Assembly: GCA_000165425.1 (NCBI GenBank) | Contig: CT868407.1 | Coordinates: 385,204 to 449,203, forward strand | Source of the DNA: Paramecium tetraurelia | Lineage: Eukaryota | DNA length: 64,000 nt | Reading direction: 5' to 3' | Part shown: in pieces, positions 1 through 14,278 of the stretch | Layout of the letters: each line of letters opens with the position of its first letter | Position numbering within the stretch: the stretch's first letter is position 1 | Position numbers and translations under genes: made by a program | The notes under the pieces: generated by a model | Databases searched by the model: none | The model's input: the letters and a program-made list of their open reading frames with translations, nothing else | Told to the model about the DNA's origin: nothing

Positions 1-1933
1 GGTTCAAACCTAATAACAAAAGCTGGAAGATATCAGATTACGGAAGTTGTCTCCAGTCTACTAGCTCAAAACTGAAAATATAAGATTAAGTAAAACCGAA
101 AAGATTATATAATTGAAATAGCCAGAAATGTTAAGGCATTAACAAACTATGGCTATTGATGAATATATTTCAAAAGGGGATTGCAAACTAATCTTTTTAC
201 AATAATAAAATGAAGACATTGGATTCAAAACATTTACAGAAATGATGAAGACCAATTCTAGTTGGTGGGGTAAAGTGGATCAATTAAATCCAAATGAATC
301 TACACTTAAAAATAGATTGCAATTCAATCAGCTATAAGCTAATCAATTTACAAATAAATTAAATAGAAAATGGACAAGCACAGTAAAGGAAATTACTGGG
401 TTGATTAATAAATAGTAGGAGTTATAACAACTCTAAAAAGTAAAGAAAATCAAATTGAAACCAAAACCTATTCCATAAGTAGAAGAGGATGAACAAAAAG
501 AAGATGATAATAATAAATAATTGGATCCTTCCTCCACTTTTGTTAAAGTCTTCTGGTTCAACATCTAAATTAATGAATGGAAACCGCCTGTCAGAGAGGG
601 ATGCTCAGTCACTTACATTCCCTCTCTAAATAAGGCATATATGTATGGAGGAATTGGTAATGATCTATTTAAGAATTTTATTGCATTGAATACTCAAACA
701 TGGACATGGAAAGACATAGGAGTAGGCAAAGGAGAAGCACCAGTTGAAGGAAGATTTGGACACACTGCCACATTGTACAAGCAAAGTGTAATCATATATG
801 GAGGTGAAAAAAAGTTTAACAATGTAATGAGGATTAGAGAATGCTATAGCGATGTTAGGATGTTCAATCCAGCAGAAAAATTGTGGACTCAAATTAAGAC
901 ATTTGGTGATCTTATAGAAGGAAGGAGGAACCATATAGCATAATGTGTTGGAAAATACTTTATTATTTATGGAGGAATTAATTCTTTTGGCAAAGTCTTA
1001 AGTGATGTTTGCAGTTTGAATTTAGAAACTAATAAATGGTATTCAACTATAATTATACTCTAGGAATATGTTGTAAATAGAAAATTAATCTCTCGAAGGG
1101 GTTTCAGATGCAGCTTCTGCTTCCTTGTTCAATGGAGAAGTCAAAATGGAGAATCCTTACTTTAGCTATGAATGCAATAAGAAGAAAGGAAAGTATCCCA
1201 ATGTTACTTAAGAGGGAATATATGTATTTGGAGGCAGAATGCAGAATGGAGAGGCTACAAACGATTTGAGAGTCATTTAATTCGGATTTAAACCTATTAG
1301 AATCATTAAACTAAAAACTAAAGTACTTATCTGCCATCATTTTAGGGGTAAGTCCCAGTCGCTCGTTATTCTCATAGTCTCAATTACTACTATAATTTGA
1401 ATGCTCTAATTGTTTACGGAGGTAGAAATGATTCAAAAGAGGAGAACATCCTTAATGATTTATATGTTTTATAATTGATGTAGATGAATTGGGTGCTCGT
1501 TTAATAAATTGGAGGGTTTAAATATGGTAAATTCAGTCACTGTAGTATTTCAATAGACTCCAAAATCTTAATTTTTGGAGGCTACACTCAGAATGTTTAT
1601 GCTAATGCTGACATTCAATTAATCGAATTAGACCAACATAAAGTAACTAAGATGATTAAGGAAACCAAGGTTAACAATTAATTGACAATAAACAGCTTAG
1701 ACTTACTGACCAATGCCAATTTGAAGGTTTTTAAGACTGAATACTATTAAGATAATGTGGATATAGAATAGAATGAAACAAATAAACCTTTTGACACAAT
1801 GAAAATGAGTTCAATGAACCTTAAGACATTTATTCCTATACCAAATAAACCAAGTTCTTAATTGATGCAAGAGTATAAATTATTAAGATTAAACTCTAAA
1901 TTTTCCAAGACTAATATATTTTAAAGCATATGA
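1..1933 (+). CDS. Kelch-repeat (beta-propeller) protein, 5' end outside window
   Basis: Repeated kelch motifs (REGCSV..YMYGG, RFGHTA..IIYGG, RRNHIA..IIYGG, RYSHSL..IVYGG, KFSHCS..LIFGG). Introns at about 90-121, 1039-1063 and 1323-1345. TGA at 1931-1933. Confidence 0.88.
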
Positions 1934-2000
1934 AATGTATTTTATTTAAATAAAATTGCCTGTTATACTATACTTTAGATTATTTAATGTAATAAAATTA

Positions 2001-4643
2001 TCATTTTCTTTTTGTTGATGCATTTGGAGGTTTTTTATTTTTAGTAACATTTTTTTTCTTTTGCTTGTTTATTTGATCTACACTTTCTTTGTCTACAGCA
2101 ATACCAAAACTTCCAATTTTAGAATCCTATATTATTTACGTTAAATAATACCATTAATTTTTCATTATTTTTACATTACTGATTTAACTTCTCAATAAGT
2201 ACACTAGCCAATCTTTTGGTTTAATTAGAAATGTCATCATTTACAAAAATCAAGAAGGATTAATCTTAATTATCAATGATCGCTTTAATTTCTCCATAAT
2301 AAATCATCTACAATATTAAAATATGAAATACCTTATAAACAATAGTCTTTGTGATTTATTCAGACAATTAAAATCTTTCCCTGAGGTAATTGATGGAAAT
2401 ATTAGAAAAGGCATTCTTGAAAGTATACAAGTAGCACTTCAAAGCCTATTCTTAAACTCTTTCTTTTAATTGCTATTGGACTTGCTCATAAGAAGGAATT
2501 CTGGTCCAAAGTTGAATCTATTTTAGGAGATCCCAGCATTTAGTCCAATTTCCTTTGGCCAATTCCTTGGATGCTGCATAAATCAAGTCTCTCATATTTT
2601 CAGGTTATGGATTGAAAGTTTATGAATCATAATATTGGCAAAGTTATCTGAATTTTCTACTAATGATTTTATGAGAATCCTCAAATAGATCTTAGTTTAT
2701 GTTTGGAACTTCCAATAACATGGCAGCCAATAAATAAACAAATTCAATAGTCTCAACATTAATTGACATATGATATGGGACAGTATACCTGTATTCTCCT
2801 TCAACTTATTTCATATAATTTTAGGAGAGTAAATCCTTCAGAACTTTGTCTCTGCTCAATAAATCAGCTAAATGGAGGTGAGTCTCATATATTAATCCTT
2901 ATCTGAAAGCTCCGAATCCCAATTAGACCAAAGCTCTATTATAATATAATTGAATCAATGTTTTCATTTATGAGATTTAATCATATGAGATGTTGGATAT
3001 GAATATTTCATGAGCCTACTCATATTTTCCATTCAAAGCTAGATTGTAAACCCAATAAAGTGTTGCCTTTACAATGGTTTCCTTATCTCCATATTTGAGA
3101 ATATTCTCAACAAGAGATTAGATCTTGGATGAAATATCACCATTTCCAAAGATTTATAGTGGAGTTGCTGCTTACTTATTAGTTTATAATTCCAACAACT
3201 TTTAGATCACAGCAGGTCCAATGTAATAGATGGCTTCTAATTGTTTGAAACTCATCAATGCAATGTTGGCAGTGTCATTCTTGATTTTGAGTAATTCCAA
3301 CAATTTTTGGGATAGATGTGTTAATTAATATAGATCACTGAGTCTTTCAGCATATTCCTAAGTGTAATAATCAACATTTTAGAAGGCCTTATTTAGTTCA
3401 ACCTCGAGTGTTTAGAAATTGACTAAAAGAGTGCTGATGAATCTGAACTCAGAGAAGGAGTTTTCTTAATCATATTTGCTGTAGGTATGCAACTTTTCAA
3501 CTTTGACTCCCTTGTCTTGATGAAGTGAGAATAAGAGGAATGTATTTTAATAGATTTACAACCATGATTATCTATTGAAATAGAAGGGTGCTTCTGATTT
3601 TGCTTGATCAATCTATAATGAAATTGTGATAAGCAATATCTATGAGTATAAAATGATGAATTACTTCCACAGCTCTTTGGAGATTCTCCTTGATGAAATA
3701 CTAGATGTATTTTTCACAAATGTAAAGATTCTCCACTTAATTCTTTTGAACTCCCCTAGATGAGACAATCTGCTCTAACTTCTTCTTGACTGCTTCAGGA
3801 TCATAATCAATATGAATTTCTTTATTTTAAGCAATATCGAATTTAACATCATAATCGATGTCTACAGCAACCTTCTTATTGACTTTCTCTTGTTAAATCT
3901 CTTCAACCTTTTGGTCTTTTTTATCTGGTAATTTCTTTTTTAACCAATACCTTCTCCTGACCATTGGATCATTGGATTAAAGCAAATATTTATCATCATC
4001 CTCAGAATCTGATGATTCTTCCTTCTATTGTGCTTCTGGTTCAGAATCAGATCCAGCTGCCTTTTTTTCTGCTCTCACTTTCTTCTTTCTCTCATCTTCA
4101 CTCTGATCAGTAGTGACAGGATTATTGATGAATTCGTCAATTTTGTCCTTAATAGCTACATGATGCATAGAATAAATGAATACTCAAGTTATGCTTTTTG
4201 ATTCTTTGTTTTAATGTGTTGTAAGCTTTGCTATTATTGACTCCCAATTTCTTTTTTTATTCAGCTGTAAATTAGAGTATCAACACTTCGATCTAACACA
4301 TAACTCTTATATAGAATCTAGGCAATCCTCCCTCTTTTTCAAATACTTTAGCACTCTTTTCAACCTCCTTGTTTAATTCTTCGAATTTGTCCAATAATGT
4401 AACAAAATCCTGGTTTTTGATTTTAATCTTGATTTCTTTAATGATTTCTCTCAATCTTGTGTATCTTTTTTCCTTCTCTGTGACTATCACTCTCTATCCT
4501 TCATCATCATCTGAATCTATCAATCCTTAGATAATTCTAGTTCTTGTTGCTTGTGATGCTTATCCTGCATCTACTTCAGGGCCTCCTCTAGGAGCCTCAT
4601 TTTCCCCTTCTGAATTGGATTCCTCCTAAAAGAATTTACTCAT
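2001..4643 (-). CDS. EIF3C: Eukaryotic translation initiation factor 3 subunit C
   Basis: Starts MSKFFQEESNSEGE. VTEKEKRYTRLREII...EKEGGLPRFYIRV matches the eIF3c N-terminal domain. The C-terminal half has HMSINVETIEFVYLLAAMLLEVP and PCI-like sequence. Several short introns; TGA at 2001-2003. Confidence 0.92.
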
Positions 4644-4734
4644 ATAATTTCTTTTTAAATAAATGATTTATTTATTTCCATATAATAAAAAATTTTAATA
4701 AGCCCTAAAATTCATAGATATTTTTTAATCAGTC

Positions 4735-5660
4735 TCAAAAATAAATATATTATCAATTGCTGCGAAATTTTGGGGATTCTGCTATTTTATTACTCCCATA
4801 AAAACAATTCTCTTTTTACTCCGAATCAAAGGTTGATTTTGTATCCACTTAGAGTTTTAACATCAATTGTTGGCACCATTAATTAAATTGAATAACAAAC
4901 TATCTCTTGCCGATCATTTATTACACACAACTATAGTGTTCATCCAATCTCTTTTTGTAAATAGTCATGATATTTTAAAATGGTTTCATTTACATCGACT
5001 CAACAATATTCACCTCATTATGAAGTATATCATCTTTCATTTTATACAATGAATCTGAAATAGATTAAGTGATTTATGTATAGGTCAATTATTCCTATTG
5101 TAATTACAAGCATAAGGAATCCTGAAATTACAATAAATAGTTACTTTTAATTAAATGATTGTCTAAACAATAGAATGTAGCTGTTATTCAATCAATTTTA
5201 CTTAAGTTTAAAGTTGGTCCAAATGCTGAATCTTCATTATGTTTTATTAGAGTTGTTCCTTGAAATTATTTAATCTTCTCTTTCTCTCCTCCATCTCCAA
5301 GAAACTGTTAATTTCAGTGGGCAATTGTATTTCAGTTCCATTAGTGATTCTACTCGGACATTCTTTTGCAAATTTTTTATCTATTAATGTGCATTCACTT
5401 ATTTTAGGCGATTAAGAAGTTTTGCTCATTAGATTCGAGGCTGACAAACAATTCTATAATTTAGGAGATATCTATATATTGTTCTTAGCCCTATCAGACA
5501 CTGCCTTTGTATCCTGGATATTTTTGTTGTTCATTCTACTCAAAATCAGAGAGATTTAAGATGCAGTGGTTTATGTCTAATCCTTACATTTTGTCCCTTT
5601 CTAATCCTTAGATTGGTTTTTGGCTTTTATGTAGTATTGATGAACTGACTTCAGCTACAT
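4735..5660 (-). CDS. Hypothetical protein
   Basis: ATG at 5660 (MQLKSVHQYYIKAK), long frame open under the ciliate code, probable short intron near 5120-5145, TGA at 4735-4737. No domain recognised. Confidence 0.6.
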
Positions 5661-5750
5661 AAATTTAACTAACTTTTTTTATTATTAAATTATTATCCTC
5701 AATATTACAAAAATTGATTATTATACATTTAGTTCATTAATATTATTTTC

Positions 5751-6845
5751 ATGTACAAGCTAAATATTTTTGCTGCCAAACAATTTTTCGATTTACAAAC
5801 CCCAGTCAACTTTCTTGCAAAAAAAAAAAATTTTGCAAATGTTAGAGAGATTCGATAAAACAATAAAATTGAATTGGGTCTTAAACTTGGTTCACATTCT
5901 CTACCACATAATACCTGGATTAACACTCCCCTTACTACAAATCGAATCATCAAACCCTAAGGATCTTTGGCACTCCATCAAAAATTTAATAAACTACCTA
6001 TTTATATGGCAAGAAAGGATATGATCAAAGAATTGGAGAAATTTAAATAGAGAGCCTGCTCCACTTCTCCATCAAAAAAACAGAAAAAATATCATAACCT
6101 AAATTGTAACAATTTCGAGAGAAATGAAAAATTAAAGAAGTATTTCCAGACGCAATCATAAAATAGTCCGTAAAAATTAAATAGTTTATCCTATTTTGAA
6201 GACTCACGTCAATAAATCTTTTCATCGCAAAAGTTTCATGAAAATAATTTTCAAAGATTAAATTCTGTAAAACCAACAATTCAACCAAAATTCCCTTAAT
6301 TGAAAAAAAATTAAAAGACTGAATCTAATGAAATCGATAGACAAAACAGTGAACTAATGAATACATCCATCAATCAAAACTTTTAAGAGTGCTCCTCACC
6401 CAAAAGAGACAGAATTCAAAACCAAAAATACTATCAACCAAACAAATGTACCCTCTAAAGAAATAAATTCTTAAACGACTCCTACAGATTATACGGATTT
6501 GTTACAGAAATAAAAGACTAAAAATAAAAGTATTCAACATTGCATGTGAGTAATTTCATCAACCTCAACAAATCTAGTGAATAGAATAATAATGCAAACT
6601 CATCCAAATCAAGAGAACTAACTCCCTAAGATAAAACCATGAAAAAGTCAAGGTCTTCAAAAGATAAATTATAAAACTTGCTAAAACAATCTCATCTAAA
6701 ACATCTTGAAAGACATTTTAGAATTCCTGCTAAAAAACATAAATCTCCAAAAAAGCAGGAAGAATATGATAGAAATCTTGTTCTCTCTTACTTTCCAAAA
6801 TAAGATTTAGAACAGATTCTTAAAAAAAAATAATAATTCGTATGA
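5751..6845 (+). CDS. Hypothetical basic, low-complexity protein (about 364 aa)
   Basis: ATG 5751 (MYKLNIFAAKQFF) and TGA 6843-6845 are in the same frame; K/Q/S-rich; no domain recognised. Confidence 0.65.
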
Positions 6846-7071
6846 AAAAAATATTTGGCTATTTTTCTAAGTCGTAAAACATATTTTTAAATATTTCCTT
6901 ATCAAAGTATTAAATATATATTATTATTATAATTATTTTAAAACCTTAATTAATATTGAAAATAAACTTGGTATTTCACTCATATATTAAATTATTATTA
7001 GTTACAACACTGTAATATAGACTTAACTTGAATTCTATTTTATTAATTAATATAGTAAAATAAAAATGTAT

Positions 7072-9548
7072 TCATAATTGAATATGAGGTAGATCCATTA
7101 ATTCCTTAGATGTCATAATGAAAACATCACGCTTCATAGGGTCTGTTGCTAACCATATCTATGACGAGTAAGCTTTGCAAAAGTCAGTATCTGAATCATC
7201 ATCACTAGTCATTTGTCCTCTGGCCTTTTAACTAAATAATAAATATAACAATTACTTTTAAACTATTCTCATTAATTATTCTTTTTATTCTGTTAAGTAT
7301 TGATTTCCAATATCCTTTTTTTCAGTTTCTGGCTCTCTGAAATAAACATTTTTCTTTCCCTATACAGACTTGGAATAAGTTTTTTAAGATCCTACATTTT
7401 CCTTCCCCTTTTTAAGATTTGATCTCAATTAAATTGTTGTTTTCTCGAGGAAATCTTTATCATCTTCTTCATCACTGCTGTTGTCAATTAATTTCCCAGC
7501 ATAAGGAGTCCATTTAGAATGTTATGCATTATACATATCATCCTCTAATAATTGGACTTCACCCAAATCATGAAACACAGGATATCTAGGTTGACTAACA
7601 AACTTTTGCTCCTTCCTATATTTTGGACCTTTCTCCCTCTCTTAAGGTTTGCGAGCATATTCTTATCTAGGTTTCTCTTATTAAACCTCTCTTACAGCTG
7701 GTCTTTTCTTTTTCTACATTAAAATTTATTCTTTTATTTCCATTTCAACCTATTCTCTAAAACCCATTTTTTATTCCTCTTCATAATCTCCTTTGTATTA
7801 AGGTAATTCTGCCTCTGCAAATATGAACTCCCCTAAATCAGGCTCTTAGATGGTTGTTTTTTGTACTTTTTAAGGATTTCTTGGCTCTTTAGTTTATGAT
7901 TTCTTTATTTATTTTTCCACTTCTCCTTTAATATCAATTTGTTAAGCCATTTCTCTTTTTAATTTGAGTTCCTTTTCTGTAAGAGGTTCTGGGTTCTTTA
8001 AAGTAATATTTTTTCTATCTTTAAGATCAGTTTTAAATTTTTCAACCTTTTTTTACTTCTTTTCCTAATCTTCTTTGAATTCTCTAACTTCTCTTGATGT
8101 CAGAACTTTCCCATTTTTCACTTTTTGTTAATAATGTTAAATCGTTCCTTATTCATGAAGATCTTCTGCTTCATTTTCAGCTTCTTCAAACATCTCTTTA
8201 ACTCCAAAATCCTCTCTAGGTTGTTTAATTCTACTTAAACTGACTGATGGTCCTACTTTGTTGTCAAATTCTTTATTTGGAGTCCACTTACGCTTTTTCA
8301 TTGATGAAAAGATTGCTTTAACTTGTCTATTAATATAATCAATCTTATGCTTTTTTATTATTGTCTCCTTTTGCTTTTATTTCTTTTGCTATTACATTTC
8401 ATCAATAATGTTTTTAGCATTTTATTCAAAAAAGTCTTAATTCAACTTAGAGGAGTGTTAGGATTTACATCTGACTGGAGATTTAGTTTTTTCCCTTTAA
8501 GATAATGAAAATTGTTTTTTATCAACAGCCTTTTTGGCTTCTTCTACCCACATTTTTTTATAACGAGACTCTCTCTCTTAGCTTTCAGGGAATAACTTAG
8601 CTAAATTGACTTAATTAGGTTTCTATTCTTCTTCCTATTATTCAATTTTTAACTGTCGTTCATATTCCTTTTCTTCCTATAATTTTGAAAACTTCATTTT
8701 TTCCTCTTATAATTTTTTTTAATTGACCCCCCAGGCAAATTTTTATTCAAAATTCTCTCTTTAAGTGTGGGCTCTAACAATTTATTATTTGCCATATTTT
8801 TTCATTCTTTCTCTTTATTACAATTTTTCTTGTCTCATTCTCTCCTGTCTTTCTGCTTCTTCCTTTTTTGAATAAACATATTTTTTGTTATTTTCAGCAA
8901 CGATTTTACTCACATTTCGATATACTTAAGGATTTGATTCTGGTTAAGGTGCTTATCTAATTTCATCATCTCCTTATTCTCTATCTGAGATATACGATTC
9001 AGTTCCACTTGTCTAAGAGTCATCATCGACATCCTCTGTAAATTTCTTCTATTCAAATAAGGCTCCAACCAAATTTGGGAATTATTCACTTAAAGGTTTA
9101 AATTATCTAGGTTCTCTGTATGGGGCATTATGACTTCGAATTGGTGATTTAGATTTAGGAGAGTGTTATGGTGATCTTTGGGATTCAGGAGATGATAATT
9201 TAGCTGATTTTTGATGATTTGTAATGTTCTGAAATACCGTATGAGATTATGTAGTTGGTTATTATTTTTTTGATTCTGATTGTTTTTTTGAATTTGGAAT
9301 TTAAGTTGACTTTTTAGGTATTGTTTTCTAAGATGAATTATTGTTCACTTTTTTTTGTTTACCTTTTTCTTATTCTTTCTTAGCAGGCTCTTTTGACTAT
9401 TTAACTAATTATGGTTGAGGAGTGGCTGCAAACTTCAAAACTTTGACATCTAGTCATATTATGAATTATTACTATCATTTATTGGTTACCCATCAATATT
9501 GAACAGAACTTCCTTATCAACTTTCCTACCTATGATGGCACTAGACAT
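7072..9548 (-). CDS. Hypothetical large K/E/Q-rich coiled-coil/disordered protein
   Basis: ATG 9548 (MSSAIIGRKVDKEVLFNIDG), introns near 9450-9472 and 7230-7255, ends TDPMKRDVFIMTSKELMDLPHIQL-TGA. Confidence 0.75.
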
Positions 9549-10442
9549 TCGTTATTTATATAATTTAATTAATTAAATTTATAAGTTAATTAATCATCTA
9601 AAACTCAAATAAAAATCTCAATTCACCAATTCTTTGTGTCAATTTTCAGTCATTTAGGGTATTTTTTTTAACCTAAACAAAGAAATATCCAATATTTAAT
9701 TTCATTGTTTCCTCAAAGAATACTATTTTCTTAAACTTTATTTTGTACTTTCCATTATTCTGTACTATTATTAATCCTTTCTGACTCAGTTCATCTTTGA
9801 ATCTTATAAACTAATATGGTTTATAAATAGATATTAGACAATTCATATGAATTGAAGTCTACATTATTAATCTTAAAGAAATTACTTCTATTATTTAAAT
9901 TCAATCCCAAAATGGCATTCTAATATTATTGATCATATTAAGTAATCAGGAAGTTATTATTCTTTGTGTTTAATAACATACAAAATAGAAAAAGTAAAAA
10001 AGAAAGAAGTGCTTTTTTGAGGAAAGAACTTAATTATTAAAGATCTTATTGGCTATGTTGTGACAAAGTGCAATGCTATTTTAACTCATTATGCTAAAAT
10101 TAATAATATGGATTGCTAATAGATTTAAATATAGAACTTATTGAACGTTTAATTTACTCTCAAATTCATTTATATATTCTTATCCGTTTATTAATATAAT
10201 TATTAGAATTAAAAATGGTCTTTTCACTAACCAAAGATATTTGTATATTTGAACTCACAAAACTTATTCAGCACCTTTGCAAAACAGAAATATTCAAATC
10301 CTAAGGAAGTATTTTAGACAGAAGACTGCTAATGATGGCCAACTTAATTTTAGTTTCTTATACATCAATTGTAATCTTAATTTACAATAGATTTAATTGG
10401 ATTAGAAATTGAATGTATTACAAAATAAAATTAAATAATTTT

Positions 10443-11225
10443 TCATATATTTTCATATAATTTTACTATATCAACAATCTTGAATGCTGTTTTAAAATCT
10501 ATTTTTTTCCTTAGTGAATCATATATTGAAATATCTTATCTATCATGAGTCTTCTATTCTTTATAATTACTTTAGAATTCAAATAAATCATCAAGATTTA
10601 TAGATATCTATGGTTATTTTAATTATTTTACTTGATCTTCTTCTTCTTCCTCTTCATCATGATCTTTAAACTTACTCACCACAATGTATTAATCATTTGA
10701 AAGATTATCTTTATTTAGATTTTTTTCCGAACACACCTCCGTTTATTAATCGTCTATTTAATCCTTTTACTACTGTTCGTCTAATTGAGAGAGAATATCT
10801 ATTTTCTTGATCTGTTTTAGACAATGGTTTAGGGGTATCCAAAACTCTATCTTTAAAATCATTGATTTTATTTGAATTTTAATCTTCATTCTAATTATTG
10901 GGAGTCATTTTTTATTGTGGTGCTTCTTATAGTTTTTTCCATTCAATAATGCTGTAGAAATGCTCATAATCTTCAAGATCCGAATAGTTTTTAGTTTCTT
11001 CATCTGAGGATGTTTAATCCAAAAGCCATTTACCTTTAATTGAACTTGAGATTTTTCTGCTTAATTGTTTCTTCTTTTTTTTACTTAAATACTCCGATGG
11101 GCATTTGTAAATAGAGTGAACTGTGTTCTTCTCAAAACAAAATGTCACGCTTTTGGTTTTCTATCCATCTTTGTCCTCTTGTGTCTAATTATCTTGTACT
11201 ATTTAAATTATAACTTATTAAAATT
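10443..11225 (-). CDS. Hypothetical protein with KSVTF motif; 5' end unresolved (possibly disrupted)
   Basis: About 260-codon open frame ending KLYENI-TGA at 10443-10445. No in-frame ATG found before an upstream TGA near 11227. Confidence 0.5.
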
Positions 11226-11441
11226 ATCAAATGGCTATTTTAATTTATAAGAAAATCCTAATTTTCAAGTTTGATAACTATTTTAATTGTAGACTAAATT
11301 TAATGGCAGATCTAATAAAGTTAATTGTTAATTTTGGTTCTATTTATAAAATATCATTTATTCCATTTTATTTGAAAATATCAATATTGATTTATTTTGA
11401 TTCTTTAAAAATACTAATTAATTATGTTTACTTTAAATTAT

Positions 11442-13130
11442 ATGCTTATTGGAAACAAATATATTTATATTTCAAATGGAAAGTGTTATCACCATCTTAT
11501 TTTGGATTTTGAGACTATTATGAGATCGGTTCTAATCAATATGAGTTACTAATAAAGTGATCATTATGATACTTAATAAATTGAATTAAAAGTGACAAAG
11601 AAATATATTTTCAAGATAAATAAGATGATTAGTTAACAAATACTGAATTCATTCTTTTTAGTATGAAATGATATTATAATATACCAAGTTAGTTTCCATG
11701 ATTCAACAATCAATCCAGCTACACACCATTTAGTTAATTAATAAATTGAATAAAATGGTTAACCTAAGATATAATTATTAAGTTGTTTAAATTACAAATA
11801 TTAGGAATGCAACAATACACTCTGAAAATAGAGAGGATTGTCTTTGAAATGATTTCAGGATTATGATAAATATTCAACAAAACATTTAAGATGATACATT
11901 TTGAATAAATCAATGGATTCACGAAGGACATATAATAGAGAAAAATTAATTTGCTAAATTATAATGTATTTAGACTAAGGAACTGAATGTAAACTTAGAA
12001 GAAAGATTTGAATATCTCTCTGATATAGAAGGCAAAGGTATTGATTCAAGTGGTGAATTACAAGATTGATAAATTCCTTAAGATTAAAAAGAACTAAAGA
12101 TTTTATAAGAAAATTAGATATTAGATTTGTGCTACACTTAGTAATGTTAGGATATTCTTTCGAGTATTATTTCAAAGGATGTTGTATAAATCAAACATAT
12201 TATCTACTTAAATCAGGTAAGGAAGACTTCCGAAGTGGTGTAGTGGAAATTTAAAGTACTATAGAAAACATAGATGGATAAAAAAAGATTTCTATTTTTA
12301 GAATGATGATGATTATATTTACTTTGTAGCACTAAAGTAGGCAAAATACAACAAGGAAAATAGATTTCTATAATTTATGTTTTAAGTAACAAGAATACTT
12401 AATGTTTTGGATTGAATTCACTATGAAAAATAATGAGTATAATTCATTCATCTTAGAGAATAGGATATTATTTATATATGTTATTAGTTCATCCAGAACC
12501 TATTGTCATAAAAATGAGATCTAATTTAACATTATTTTCAAAAATTTAGTGAATAATAATCATCTCAAATGTAGGTATGGAGTTCCAATCAATCAATTAA
12601 GTAGTAAAATAATGTTAAAGTACACAAATATATAAGAAGGTATATTCGATGAGGATGTATATTTCATAATTTATAGAGACATTTTCAGTGGTTTATAATG
12701 TATGATGGAGTAGAAATTCAATTTTATTAATCTTCACAATTTTGATTGATCTAGAATTCTACTTTTTATTCAACATTAAAATTGGTGTCTTCTATTGCAC
12801 AGATTAAAAGAAAATTTAATTTTGAATTACAATTAGTTTGTTATGTGAAAAGTATTTTGTACTGAATCTTAGTCTTAGGTAAAAGGAGATGATTTTGTTT
12901 TAAATAAGCCATATCATGCAGGCTTCGAAACTTTGAGAAGGTTGAAATATTACGAGTAGATTATCATAAAAGTGTATTTATATAACAATCTAATTCAGTA
13001 TAAAAAATGAGAGTTATAAGATATTATATAAATATTTGTGATTATTTTCTATAAATCAGACAGAATAATAATTGTTAGAATCATGATTGACTATGAAGTT
13101 ATGTTGGAAAATTCTAAAATATAATGACGA
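11442..13130 (+). pseudogene. Degenerate coding-like block
   Basis: Protein-like stretches (e.g. ELNVNLEERFEYLSDIEGKGIDSSGELQD*QIPQDQKELKILQENQILDLCY) are broken by TGA codons and frame changes that I could not explain with canonical short introns. Confidence 0.35.
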
Positions 13131-13178
13131 ATATTTGTTTAAAAGTTGATATATAAGTATAACAAAAATACAAATCAT

Positions 13179-13568
13179 TCATTATTTTTACAAGTTCTTT
13201 TAATTTTTGGTTTATTTACTAGCAAACTCATTCATCTCCTTCTGAAATTTGGAGAATACATTACTATGAATTCCTTACTGAGATGGAATGGCTTAAAAAG
13301 TAATAAAATTGGAGAATTATTATTCAGATGGTAGAGTTTAAAAAGAATACTGTTATCCAGTTGATAGTTGAGAAGATTTTTATCTTTCTTTGAATACTCC
13401 AAACTGATGCTGTTTCTAAGGTTAATATTCTTCGTCAGAATCAGAGAGTGAAACCATTTGCTGTGGCTCATCAAAAGGCGAAGCATGTTTAGTATTTTAA
13501 GGAGGACTGTTATCGACTTCTAAAGTTTCGACTCGTTCCACCCTTTTGCAACATTATCCATTACCCAT
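13179..13568 (-). CDS. Small (129 aa) protein with N-terminal myristoylation/palmitoylation-type motif
   Basis: Intronless frame MGNGQCCKRVERVETLEVDNSPPQ...NQKNLQKQ-TGA. The ORF-track entry 13232..13486 is a different, wrong frame. Confidence 0.75.
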
Positions 13569-13739
13569 TTATATTTATTAATTAATATTAATAATATAAA
13601 TTTTTTCAATTCCATGCAATCTAGTATCAGAGTGAAGGTGCAAAAATACTCCTCCTGTTCTCATGAGATATTTCTAAATTAACTATTCAATAAATACACG
13701 TTTGGTTAAAAAGAAAAGAGTCAATATTCTACTAAGGAA

Positions 13740-14278
13740 AGTAACATTTAAAATTAAGGGCTATATCAATGTCAAAGCTATTATTTGGTTTTTTAAAGCA
13801 TCGTTCTTTCAGTTTACTTAAACAAGCTTATTCAATCTCAAACTAATCTTCATTTACAATAATGCTCCTTTATATCTTTGCTCCTTTGAACTTTTTCAGT
13901 CTTATTAATTCTATTCATTTCTGGTGATCTTTGATCCCATAATAATTTTCTAAAATCCAAAACTGAAATTCGTCTATGGACAACTGTTACTCGTAATATT
14001 TTTCAAGTTACAAGTCAACCAAATAATTTTTCAAAATAAATCGTATCTTTGATCTTACTTTACTAGATCTATCTGTTCTTTCATAGTATCTTTCATAATC
14101 TACTTCAAATTTAAGTTGAGTGTTAGTAAAGATTGTCCTATTATTTTAAGAGAAGATAGTTTAGGCATAAGTTTTTAGGAAAGATGTCTATCATCCTCAA
14201 TAATAATCAGGCATAATCCAAAAAGTTCCGACTACCTCCTAATGCTAAGGTGCTTTACTATTATTAAATACTAAGCAT
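13740..14278 (-). pseudogene. Probable pseudogene (hypothetical protein with internal TGA)
   Basis: Long frame ...FQFWILENYYGIKDHQK*IELIRLKKFKGAKIQRSIIV... with one in-frame TGA at 13915-13917 and a disrupted 5' end. Confidence 0.45.

Noticed and set aside
1..12. GGTTCAAACC resembling a tRNA T-loop/B-box
   Set aside because: It lies in the open frame of the kelch gene (FKPNNKSW), and no cloverleaf is visible in the window.
5815..5838. TTGCAAAA...TTTTGCAA hairpin around an A12 run
   Set aside because: Short, A/T-rich, inside an intact reading frame (AKKKNFA), and expected by chance.
9816..10412. Possible plus-strand gene
   Set aside because: The frame is interrupted by TGA early, with no convincing intron model or domain.
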